Assembly: GCA_044006015.1 (NCBI GenBank)
Contig: JBIPDF010000002.1
Span: forward strand, 24,666 to 88,665
Reading direction: 5' to 3'
Source of the DNA: Heteroscytonema crispum UTEX LB 1556
Lineage (GTDB): Bacteria > Cyanobacteriota > Cyanobacteriia > Cyanobacteriales > Nostocaceae
DNA length: 64,000 nucleotides
How positions within the stretch are numbered: the stretch's first letter is position 1; each line of letters opens with the position of its first letter. Shown here piece after piece: positions 40,312 to 49,608 of this stretch. The notes under the pieces are model-generated. The model was given only the letters and a program-made list of their open reading frames with translations, did no database searches and was not told where the DNA came from. A program made the translations under genes and the position numbers.

Positions 40312-41134
40312 ATTAAAAAATTAAAGGTTTCAGCTTTAAAAAAATAAAAAGAGAGCCGATATTTATAATGCGATCGCTCTTGTCTGTACCAGCAGCAAAA
40401 TAAGAATGCCAGTTTTACTCTTCCTACGCGATCCGAACTGTCCCAATTAAATTCGCCAATAGTGTCTGTTACTCTATAAAAAATTAACAAGATGTAGCAT
40501 CACACTAAAGACTGGGAATAAAAAATTCTTTTGTAATCACCGCAGATAGAGGAGCAGTTTTTAGCGTGTAAGGGGAAAATCGCAATTGTTATATATAGCA
40601 TTGACACTCCCCAGCCATAAATGGCGGGGATTCTAGCATCGCTGAGGCAATGATGCTTTTGCACGACCGAGGTCTAACATAAGTAGGGAGAGCATCTCCG
40701 AAGCGCGTTAGTTTGGGACTGCCCGTCCCTACCGTTTGCGCGACTGAGAATTACTTTGGCTGCGTTCAAGGGAGTTTTTTTCTTGTTCCAATCGACGCCG
40801 TTGGCCTTTTGATGGCATAGTAAGTACCTATAAGCTTGAAACGAAGTGGAACCCAACACATGCGTAGCGCGTTAATGTTGGGTTTCGCTCCGCTACAACG
40901 CCACATGCTTCAAGCATCTTAACCCGAAGGGCGCAGTCGCTCTCCAACCTACGTTTATTATAAGTATTTATCCCAACTTGATATTAGATGTGTTTCAGCT
41001 TACTTCAAATCAGCAACGCCAAAAAATAACCTCTGGAAGCGATCGCATATCCACTTACTGCAACCGTACTTCTTCAGAGGTTATTGTTGAACCGAATCAT
41101 TCGCCCACATCTGGAGCTTTTTAAGTATTTTTAC

Positions 41135-43036
41135 TTATTCAACGGTAACACTTTTTGCTAAATTTCTCGGCTGATCGACATCTAAACCGCGACGGGCTGC
41201 AATATGATAAGCCAGTAATTGCAAGGGAATTACCGTCAATATCGGTGAAAGTAACTCATCCACATTTGATACAGTCAGCAAATCATTAAAAATTTCCGCC
41301 GCTTCACCATCTTTGCTGGGAGTAACGCCAATCAAGCGAGAATCGCGGGCTTTGGCTTCTTGGGCGTTAGAAATCACCTTTTCGTAAACACTACCAGGCA
41401 TTGCGATCGCTATTACCGGTACTTTCGCATCTAATAAAGCGATCGGTCCGTGTTTCATTTCCCCCGCAGGATAACCTTCGGCGTGAATGTAGCTGATTTC
41501 TTTTAATTTCAACGCGCCTTCCAAAGCGATGGGGAAGTTAATTCCTCTTCCCAAAAATATGAAATCTTGGGTTTCGGCAAAGTCATGTGCTAGATGTTCG
41601 GTGAGTTTTTCCTGACTTTCTAAAGTTGCTTCAATTTGCTTGGGGACGTGGCGCAAACCAGCAATAATCTCCTCGAATCTATCTGGGGAAACTGTTTGAC
41701 GGCGATAAGCTAAATCCAAGGCCAAAGCATAAAACGCCATTAATTGAGCTATAAAAGTTTTTGTCGCCGCTACCCCAATTTCAATTCCTGCGAGGGTATT
41801 GATAATATGCGGTACCATCAAACCCAAGCTGCTTTCCGGACGATTCGTAATGCCTAAAAGTCGCGCTTGATACTTAGGTTCTTTTGCCAAACGGCGTTCT
41901 TTTTCCATCGCCAAAGCTGCTAGGGTATCAGCAGTTTCCCCGGATTGAGTAACGCCAATGGTCAATGTATTGGGCGTCATGGGTGATGGTGCATAGCGAA
42001 ATTCCGAGGCATAGTGTACCTGAGTCGGAATTCCTGCCAGTTGCTCAAGTAAGTATTTACCCACTAATGCTGCGTGCCAACTAGTACCGCAAGCGACGAT
42101 TTGAATTTGTTCTAAATCTGCGTAAAATTCTCCAGGCAAGCCAAGGTTAATTGGTGACTGGGCAGATTCAGTTGAATTGCCATCAGAGTTAAAATAAGCT
42201 TCTAAAGAATCTCTTACCACTCCTGGTTGCTCGTAAATTTCTTTGAGCATGAAGTGTTTGAATCCCTGTTTTTCTACCATCGTGGGACTCAAATTGAGCA
42301 TTCGCGGTTGTTTTTTCAACCTGTCGCCAGCAAAGTTGTAAACTTCTACTCCCAAAGGTGTTAGACGTGCCATTTCACCATTTTCCAGTGCTAGTACCGC
42401 ACCGGTATGAGAAACGATCGCCGGCGTATCAGAAGCGCAGAAAAATTCCCCTTGACCAAAACCAATCACCAAAGGAGCTTGTTGGCGTACGACAATAATC
42501 TCATCAGGGTAGTCTGCAGAAATAACAGCGATCGCAAATGCCCCCTCGAGTTTGTTCACAGTTTGGCGAATTGCGTCCAAAAGGGGAGAGGGGGAGAAGG
42601 GGAGAGGGGGAGAGGGGGGGTTCTTAAGAAATTCGGCGATTAGGTGGGGGATTACTTCAGTATCGGTTTGGGAACGAAACTGATGTCCTTTTTGTTTCAA
42701 TTCCTCGCGTAACTCGCGATAGTTTTCAATAATACCATTTTGCACCACCGCCACCCGCATTGCCGTATCCATATGAGGATGGGCGTTGTATTCTTCTGGT
42801 TTACCATGAGTTGCCCAGCGAGTGTGACCAATACCAATTTGGGCTGGGGTTTCTAATTGTTCGAGTTTGGAACGCAAGTTATGCAGCTTGCCCTTTGCCC
42901 GCACGCAATTAACCTCACCTTCCCAAACGGTAGCGATTCCCGCAGAATCGTAGCCGCGATACTCGAGTTTTTCCAATCCAGTCAGTAAAATTTCTGTCGC
43001 AGCTTGAGTGCCAATATAACCAACGATTCCGCACAT
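41135..43036 (-). CDS. glmS: Glutamine--fructose-6-phosphate aminotransferase (isomerising)
   Basis: MCGIVGYIG N-terminal nucleophile Cys; two SIS domains (GTSWHAALVGKY, SQSGETADTLAAL); C-terminal DQPRNLAKSVTVE. Contains an STRR-encoded in-frame insertion NPPSPPLPFSPSPL (42580-42625). Confidence 0.95.
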   Translation of the reverse strand: MCGIVGYIGTQAATEILLTGLEKLEYRGYDSAGIATVWEGEVNCVRAKGKLHNLRSKLEQLETPAQIGIGHTRWATHGKPEEYNAHPHMDTAMRVAVVQNGIIENYRELREELKQKGHQFRSQTDTEVIPHLIAEFLKNPPSPPLPFSPSPLLDAIRQTVNKLEGAFAIAVISADYPDEIIVVRQQAPLVIGFGQGEFFCASDTPAIVSHTGAVLALENGEMARLTPLGVEVYNFAGDRLKKQPRMLNLSPTMVEKQGFKHFMLKEIYEQPGVVRDSLEAYFNSDGNSTESAQSPINLGLPGEFYADLEQIQIVACGTSWHAALVGKYLLEQLAGIPTQVHYASEFRYAPSPMTPNTLTIGVTQSGETADTLAALAMEKERRLAKEPKYQARLLGITNRPESSLGLMVPHIINTLAGIEIGVAATKTFIAQLMAFYALALDLAYRRQTVSPDRFEEIIAGLRHVPKQIEATLESQEKLTEHLAHDFAETQDFIFLGRGINFPIALEGALKLKEISYIHAEGYPAGEMKHGPIALLDAKVPVIAIAMPGSVYEKVISNAQEAKARDSRLIGVTPSKDGEAAEIFNDLLTVSNVDELLSPILTVIPLQLLAYHIAARRGLDVDQPRNLAKSVTVE

Positions 43037-43445
43037 ATACCAACACCAGTTTATTTTCCAGGACGATTAAAACCTACAATGCTGTAGCCAAGCGGTCAAG
43101 CTGAATGCGCTCAGTATGAATGCAAGTCAATGTCTTTGATTTTTATACACCCAACTCGCTTTTTTATGCCACTTTCGCATTTTATTTTACTTACCCTCGA
43201 AGTTTGGGTTTAACTATCGGTGATACTTTATAGACAAAAAAAGGAGCAAATTGCTCCCAATATTACTAGATAGTGTTATGGAATTTTGGCTTTCACACTA
43301 AAAAAATAACTTTGCAGGGCAAGCACTGCCCACCAATTTTCGTTCATGATGGATAATGCCCACCCTACAATACTAAAGGTGTTTGCTATCGAGACAGTTA
43401 ATCGCGAGGCAAATGAGAAATTAATGAGAAATTAAAATTAATTCC

Positions 43446-43760
<315 letters not shown>

Positions 43761-43929
43761 TCAGCGCCTGAGCGTCCGTAATCAAAAGGCTACAGAACTT
43801 TAAACAATGTAATAAGTTGGGCATTGGGAATTGAGAATTGTTGCGCCAGCGCCCTTCGCGACCGCGACAGTAGGCGACTGGCGTCATTGAGCATCGGGCA
43901 TCGGGCATCAAGAGATAATTCTTTCTTCC

Positions 43930-43980
43930 TTGTCCCCCACACCCGTCCCCCCCTCTCCCCCTCTCCCCCTCTCCCTTGCC
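43930..43980. repeat. STRR (CCCCCTCT-type C-rich heptamers)
   Basis: ccccacacccgtcccccctctccccctctccccctctccc read directly in the intergenic region. It is the same motif as the G-rich STRR inside glmS on the other strand. Confidence 0.7.
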
Positions 43981-43997
43981 CAGCATGTATACAATTT

Positions 43998-44822
43998 TTA
44001 AGTAGTAATATTAGCTACAATTTTTGGCTGGTTGAGAAATTGTGCGATCGCATTCCCGATTTTCTCAGTATTTTCCCGGTTGCAGCAGTAGTTTGTGTAA
44101 GAAATATCCATCGGTAGTGTTTGATTGGGAGCGATGAATAACTTTACTCGATAGGTTTTCCAGACTTTGTTTGATTTTTCTTCTAATTGGACATTTATAA
44201 TATCTTGCAGTGGATGCTGGATGTCGGTGCTGAAAAATAACCAGCTGCGTTTTTGAATTCTCAAACCATTACTGCGATCGAGTTCCCAGGTGATAAATTC
44301 GCTACAGTAAAGCAACCATAGAAGATTTAAAGCGATCGCACTGCCAAAAGCCCAGTTAATCCAGGATGTACCCTGTTGAATGGTCAAATAGGACTGTTTG
44401 GTGTTTTTCAGAAAATTATTGATTTGCAATGCGATCGCATTCAATTTTTTGGCTGTCATGTCTGGTTGTTCGGTGCGGGTAAACCCAAGAGGTATCCCAC
44501 CCTCTTTTGTCAGCAAGACAATTTGTTGATATTGAGTTTTACCATCACCTCTAGGGACTATAACAACCTTAGCTTGCCGTAATTGTTCCAGGGCAATAGT
44601 TTTGATTCGTGTTTTCACACGCTTTGATGAACTGGCTAGCTGACAAATCCCTTGGTTTGCCTGGGAGCGTTCGCAAGTCAGAATGTTATTAGGTGATAGG
44701 GGTGACAAAATTTTCAACAGGTAAAGCAGTAATAATAGGGTGCTGAACCCTCCTGCAAGGTAAATAAACTTTGGTAAAAACCAAAGTTTTAGTTTTGTGG
44801 ATGTTTGTTGCAGATTTGCCAT
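43998..44822 (-). CDS. Hypothetical protein with one N-terminal TM segment
   Basis: 274-aa ORF; TM FIYLAGGFSTLLLLLYLLKIL; no recognisable motifs. Confidence 0.5.
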   Translation of the reverse strand: MANLQQTSTKLKLWFLPKFIYLAGGFSTLLLLLYLLKILSPLSPNNILTCERSQANQGICQLASSSKRVKTRIKTIALEQLRQAKVVIVPRGDGKTQYQQIVLLTKEGGIPLGFTRTEQPDMTAKKLNAIALQINNFLKNTKQSYLTIQQGTSWINWAFGSAIALNLLWLLYCSEFITWELDRSNGLRIQKRSWLFFSTDIQHPLQDIINVQLEEKSNKVWKTYRVKLFIAPNQTLPMDISYTNYCCNRENTEKIGNAIAQFLNQPKIVANITT

Positions 44823-44967
44823 AAACCGAGTGCTAATACTGTCCCTGATATCAAGTTATTTGATGGCTATAGAAAAATATCTCTCCTTAAACAAGGTATA
44901 TCGAGAATCGACTCAATTACTGGATTTTAAGAAAAGCGATCGCATGAAGGTGCGCTGGTTTAGTTCG

Positions 44968-44995
44968 TAGGGACACAGCAATGCTGTGCCCCTAC
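44968..44995. terminator. Near-perfect hairpin gtagggacacagca/tgctgtgcccctac, followed by TTTTT on the + strand; it abuts the stop of the - strand gene 45000..45251
   Basis: Read directly; 13-14 bp stem. Confidence 0.4.
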
Positions 44996-44999
44996 TTTT

Positions 45000-45251
45000 T
45001 CACAGGTTTTCTAGCCCATCCATTTCAGTAACGGCAAATTCATCGTTGATTGCAGCGATTTCTGCTTGAATATCTCGATTGCTAGCCATTGCAGCTAGTT
45101 GTTCTTCCATATATTTGGCATCAGCGAATTTATCTGCTGTATGTTTTCTCTCTCGTAATTGTCGCGCAATACGTTCTAACAACCAAAGTTGTTCTTCTAC
45201 AGGTAAGGCAAGGATAGAGCGCTCGATTTCTAGTAAATGCGGTGATATCAT
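45000..45251 (-). CDS. Small protein resembling a putative addiction-module (antitoxin-like) component; no partner toxin seen
   Basis: LLEIERSILALPVEEQLWLLERIARQL matches the recalled N-terminal pattern of cyanobacterial 'putative addiction module component' proteins. 83 aa, acidic C-terminus. Confidence 0.35.
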   Translation of the reverse strand: MISPHLLEIERSILALPVEEQLWLLERIARQLRERKHTADKFADAKYMEEQLAAMASNRDIQAEIAAINDEFAVTEMDGLENL

Positions 45252-45299
45252 TTCGCTTGTTCTTGCAACCGAGGCGTATTTTTTACAGGTATTATATTA

Positions 45300-46650
45300 A
45301 CTTTATCTGATTGGATTCGCGATCGCAAAGGGGCGGAAATTAAACCATGAAGACGCGTACTGCTTTGCAGAACCCGAAGAGTAGGGCGTAAACTACCCAC
45401 ACTGACCTTGCGGTACAGTGTGGGCTTTCAGTAGCCCGCGTAGAGTCCGTACTGAGATTACAGCACAAACCGTTCGAGCCTCCAGGCAGGTTTACAGACT
45501 GCCCCAATAACGCAATCATCTTTGCTCCATTCAAATCAGCATCACAGGACAACCCACAATTGCCACATTTGAATTTTTTCTCAGAGCGCAAGCCGATATA
45601 CAAGCATTGATTACAAGTCTGACTCGTGTAGGCAGGGGAGACAGCTATCACCTCAACGCCGTCTCTCAATCCTTTGTATTCCAGAAACATTCGCAATTGA
45701 TAAAACGCCCACGAGTTGCTTCTACGACGTTCCGTTTTGTTGCGTGGTTTTTGGTTTGTCCTCTCACGGATACCAGTTAAATCTTCAATTACGACAAGTG
45801 CTTGTTCACTCTTGGCTTGCTGAATGATTGTTTTGCTTATGTTGTGGTTCACCCACGCTTGAAATCGTCTCTCACGCCCCGATAGCCGTGCCAAGACTTG
45901 CCGACATCTACGCCGACTAGTTCTTGTGCGTGTGGAAGCTTTTTTCTGGAGAGACGCTCTTGTTTTACTGTATCTATCCCTCGTCTTGGTTAACTGTTTA
46001 CCACTCCATGAATCACCGTTGCTGGTTGCGGCAATATCACGGCGTCCAAAATCAACACCGATTACTTTTTTGGTCGGCTGTGGATCTCGGACTTCGTCTT
46101 TGAGTTGAATATGGATGTAGTATTGTCCATCGCGATGCTTGCACAACTGGGCGCTTGTTGGTTTGCGCCCTGCAAGTTTACCGCGTTGATAATTGCCAGC
46201 ATTAATCTTGATATGTTCTCGACCAGATAATGTGGTCAAACTAACAGTCCAATCCTTCTCCCTAAAAGCAAAAATTCTTGCATCGTAATCAGCAGATGTA
46301 GGCTTAAATGCTTTTACGGGTTTGTCTTTCTTTTTGGCTGTCAGTCGATTAGCTCCGACCCTGGCACAAGCTCTGACTGCTAAGTTAGCTGGCAACCCAA
46401 ATTTGGCTCTCAAATCTTCGTAAACAATACCCTGAATTGTCAGTTTACTGGTTATTTCTGGCTTAATTACTTGATTAGTGTAATTACAGGCTTCCGCAAA
46501 AGCATGAAGAACCACCTCCAGTTTTTCCAACTGTAACGGCGTGGGGTTGAGTTTGCAAACTAGTGTCAGTACTTGTTCGATGAGTTCGACCTACTCACTA
46601 TCTGATTATAATTATCGGCTACAATTCTTCGTATTGAGTTCCCGGAGATT
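45300..46650 (-). mobile_element. IS605-family (tnpB-only) insertion sequence; ends not precisely defined
   Basis: Contains the TnpB ORF. Boundaries are estimated from the ORF plus ~100 bp on each side; no TnpA (Y1 HUH) ORF is present. Confidence 0.5.
45340..46530 (-). CDS. tnpB: TnpB (IS200/IS605-family OrfB, RuvC-like RNA-guided nuclease family) of an IS1341-type element lacking tnpA
   Basis: RuvC-I GVDFGRRDIAA, RuvC-II VVIEDLTG, Zn finger CNQCLYIG...KFKCGNCGLSCDADLNGAKMIALLG with RuvC-III D. The frame stays open 5' of the first ATG through VELIEQVLTLVCKLNPTPLQLEK (the usual TnpB start region) back to a stop with no in-frame ATG. The 3' ORF tail (after LGQSVNLPGG) probably reads into the omega-RNA region. 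Confidence 0.8.
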   Translation of the reverse strand: MEKLEVVLHAFAEACNYTNQVIKPEITSKLTIQGIVYEDLRAKFGLPANLAVRACARVGANRLTAKKKDKPVKAFKPTSADYDARIFAFREKDWTVSLTTLSGREHIKINAGNYQRGKLAGRKPTSAQLCKHRDGQYYIHIQLKDEVRDPQPTKKVIGVDFGRRDIAATSNGDSWSGKQLTKTRDRYSKTRASLQKKASTRTRTSRRRCRQVLARLSGRERRFQAWVNHNISKTIIQQAKSEQALVVIEDLTGIRERTNQKPRNKTERRRSNSWAFYQLRMFLEYKGLRDGVEVIAVSPAYTSQTCNQCLYIGLRSEKKFKCGNCGLSCDADLNGAKMIALLGQSVNLPGGSNGLCCNLSTDSTRATESPHCTARSVWVVYALLFGFCKAVRVFMV

Positions 46651-47021
46651 GTTAAAAACTTAACTATCCCCACTCCTTTAACAACCTACGGTTGTCATCA
46701 GTCGGGGGATGTTGCGTTTTTAACCCGCAATTCCTCTCAACACCGAATCAAAGATTACGGTGTGAGCCTCCTTGCGGGAACAGGTGAAGAAAAGAGCGAT
46801 CGCATACTTGCTACAAGCAGTATTATGTATTACCAGCGGTGACGTTGGAGCCAGGTTTTATGGTTTTTTCAGATAATATTAGGTATAAATATTTACTAAA
46901 ACGCCAGAGTATCAAATTTATGCATAATTTTAGCAATTCGTTAACTCTAACACAAACTCTGCATGTTAAGGCAAGCGAGTGCGTTACCATCCTAATAATG
47001 TAAATCACATTACAAAAGTTT

Positions 47022-47387
47022 ATGGAGCCAGACTCTCTACCAACCGAGGTGATTCTGACCCACCCGCGTCAGTCCCTCGGCAGCGTTAAACTTGATTGGA
47101 CACCGCAGCCCGGAAACTATCTCGATTTAGAAGGCGAAACCTACGCGGTTTTAGAGCGCCGTCACCGGTATCAATTGAAAGCAGGGCGCTACCGCTTGCA
47201 AAATATAGCCATTTACGTACAATCGGCAAAACGGCCATCAGAAAGAAGTTTGGTTGACGGACGTTGGGTAGTCGGCGATGCAACCTGTCGCTACAATGCT
47301 CATTCAGAAATCATTCGCTGTGCAGTCAACCCAGAAGGACTGTGCAATTCTTGTCGATTCTACGAAAAGTTAGGAGTCTTGAGTTAG
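47022..47387 (+). CDS. Hypothetical protein with C-terminal Cys cluster (CxxNPEGLCNSC)
   Basis: 121-aa ORF with good coding look. It resembles conserved cyanobacterial hypotheticals, but no family was assigned. Confidence 0.5.
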   Translation: MEPDSLPTEVILTHPRQSLGSVKLDWTPQPGNYLDLEGETYAVLERRHRYQLKAGRYRLQNIAIYVQSAKRPSERSLVDGRWVVGDATCRYNAHSEIIRCAVNPEGLCNSCRFYEKLGVLS

Positions 47388-47580
47388 GAGTTATGAGGCG
47401 CCCAGTTATGAGTTATGAGTGATGAGTTTTGAATGCGTGAATTAGGAGTGACCAAGGATGGCTAACTCTATAAACTTCAACTTTTAACTTTGCGCCTCCT
47501 CACTCCTAATTCCTCACTGGGCGCCTCAAGACTCCTAACTGGGCGGCTGGGCGGCTGGGCGGCTCCCAAACACTTCTCCT
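47380..47580. repeat. Palindromic STRR block (GTTAGGAGT/ACTCCTAAC heptamers plus GGGCGGCT x3) spanning the 3' ends of two convergent genes
   Basis: gttaggagttatgag... and ...cctcactcctaattcctcactgggcgcctcaagactcctaactgggcggctgggcggctgggcggct. The last repeats encode the fmt C-terminus RPAAQPPS. Confidence 0.8.
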
Positions 47581-48557
47581 GTAGATAAACGCGTACCGTT
47601 GACAAAATCCCATCCCGACTGGGGACGTTTACCACTTAGCTGCACTTCTCGCAACAATAATAAACCGAATCCAGTTTGAGCGATCGCTCCAATTCCCTTG
47701 GCAATGCTTACCACTTCTCCTGGACTGCCCGATGTTGTTGACAAATTAGGTAATTTATGATTCAGTTCTTGTAATTCTGGTGGTAGCTCCTGACTGTAAG
47801 CAGAACCAAGGGGTGCGGTGGCGGTAATTTTGAAAGGTTCGTTGCGAAAGGTTGTGATGCAGTTGGGGTAAAAGCCTCGAATTTGATTGTGTAATTGTAT
47901 GGCACTCTTTGACCAATCCAGTTCGTAATCTTGCTTTTTAATCAAAGGTGCGTAAGTCGCCTGGGAATTATCTTGGGGAATTAATTCGATTTCCTGGCGT
48001 TCTAGCTTGAAGACGGTTTCCACTAACAAATCTGCACCTATTGTTGCTAGCCTCTCAGCTACATTTTGGGCATTATCCAGCAATGCGATGGGTGTAGTAG
48101 CTTTTAACAGCATCGCCCCAGTATCCATCCCTGCATCCATCAACATTGTGACAATCCCCGTTTCTTTCTCACCGTTATAAATACACCATTGAATGGGAGC
48201 CGCACCTCGGTATTTAGGCAAGATTGAGCCATGTACGTTAATACAACCTAACTTGGGCATATCTAAAATTTCTTGGGACAAAATCTGTCCGTAGGCGACA
48301 ACGACAAATACATCTGCACCCAATTGTTTGAGTTGGCTTAAAGTTTCAGTGTCTTTTTTTATGCGTTGGGGTTGCCATACTGAGAGGTTGTGATTTGTCG
48401 CGATGATTTTTACTGGTGAAGGTATAAGTTGATTGCCGCGTCCTCGGCGTTTATCTGGCTGAGTTACAACTGCCAACACTTCAAATCCGGGATTATTAAG
48501 CAATTTTTCTAAAGTAGGAACCGCAAATTGGGGAGTGCCAAAAAATACTACTTTCAT
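47535..48557 (-). CDS. fmt: Methionyl-tRNA formyltransferase
   Basis: [20 protein letters not shown]...[12 protein letters not shown]...[18 protein letters not shown]. Formyltransferase N-domain motifs and an Fmt C-terminal domain are present. Confidence 0.9.
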   Translation of the reverse strand: MKVVFFGTPQFAVPTLEKLLNNPGFEVLAVVTQPDKRRGRGNQLIPSPVKIIATNHNLSVWQPQRIKKDTETLSQLKQLGADVFVVVAYGQILSQEILDMPKLGCINVHGSILPKYRGAAPIQWCIYNGEKETGIVTMLMDAGMDTGAMLLKATTPIALLDNAQNVAERLATIGADLLVETVFKLERQEIELIPQDNSQATYAPLIKKQDYELDWSKSAIQLHNQIRGFYPNCITTFRNEPFKITATAPLGSAYSQELPPELQELNHKLPNLSTTSGSPGEVVSIAKGIGAIAQTGFGLLLLREVQLSGKRPQSGWDFVNGTRLSTGEVFGSRPAAQPPS

Positions 48558-48589
48558 TAGTTTTTAATCTTAGTCATTAGTTAATAATC

Positions 48590-48750
48590 AATCTTAAGTA
48601 TGAAGTATGAAGTATGAAATTACCTCACTTATCAAGGGATAGGACATGAATATCGCAATGAACAGCAGATTTTTTTACCTGCTAAGGGTACGCCCGTTTG
48701 TCCCCATTTCATGCTTTATCCTTTATCCTTTATACTTCAGACTTCTATGG
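48590..48750. repeat. STRR (GTATGAA/GAAGTAT) with inverted partner ctttatcctttatcctttatacttc
   Basis: Read directly upstream of fmt. Confidence 0.8.
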
Positions 48751-49608
48751 ATGCCTTGTTCCTATACATGATAAAATGCCTTTGCACAAGATTGCTCTCC
48801 CCCCCCATCCGTAATTTTGTAGTTTAGAAAAACCGCTTTGCATGCAAATTTCTTGCACTTTTAGTGGTAGAATTCATTTGTGTTTATGAAACGAAAGGTT
48901 GCTTGATAGAGTTATAAGAAGTTGGCTGGGAAATCAGTCAGTATCAATAGCATCTGCTTCTAGCAAACTCGATTATTTGGCGAAGTCTGACAAGGTGCTG
49001 AGCATCCTCGTCACGGTTCAACTTAGTTTCTAACATTTACCGGAACTCCGCAGCAAAAGCAGAGCTTCCAAATCAGTGGTGTGTTCCCCCCTCAAGTTGA
49101 AATTTTCTAACTTGTAGCGCGATTATTGCGGGTAAGCTTGCAATTTTTGTTTTTGGCTAGATGTTAAGTCATAGTTTATATTTGGCTGGTTTGTCCGATC
49201 GCTTTGCTGGCTTTTAAAAATAAAGCCACGGAAATACCTCGATCGGTATTTGCCTTGTTGTAGATAACTACAAACAGGCGATCGCTAATCCCAACCACTA
49301 AGCTAACTGACCACTAAGTGCCAGTAACTGCAGTTTGTGAGTGATATACTTAATAGGCTTCCATCGCTACCTATAATTTGGTGTGATTTAGGCAACAGGG
49401 GTGCAGAAGTCTCTGTTACACGGCAATTAGTAAGCGAATCTGCATGAACATTATTATGCTGGCATATTCTAGCAATAACTTCAGAATTCTCAGTACTTTG
49501 TCAGGTGTAAAAAAATGATACACGCATGTCAATCTGTGCAAAATTTGAGTAAACTATTTCGTTGAAGCCAATAGTTTCTTGTTATACATGTAATCGTAGC
49601 CTGCCCCA

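Noticed and set aside
40320-41134. tmRNA, RNase P RNA or 6S RNA in the ORF-free region downstream of glmS
   Set aside because: I looked for hallmark strings (GGGGCUG...tRNA-like ends with CCCCAGCUCCACCA; GGAAAGUCCGGGCUCC of RNase P) on both strands and did not find them. I keep it only as a low-interest unassigned structured region.
41135-43100. glmS ribozyme upstream of glmS
   Set aside because: The glmS ribozyme is a Firmicutes feature. The 5' region of this glmS (43037-43440) shows no recognisable ribozyme core, and the gene is cyanobacterial.
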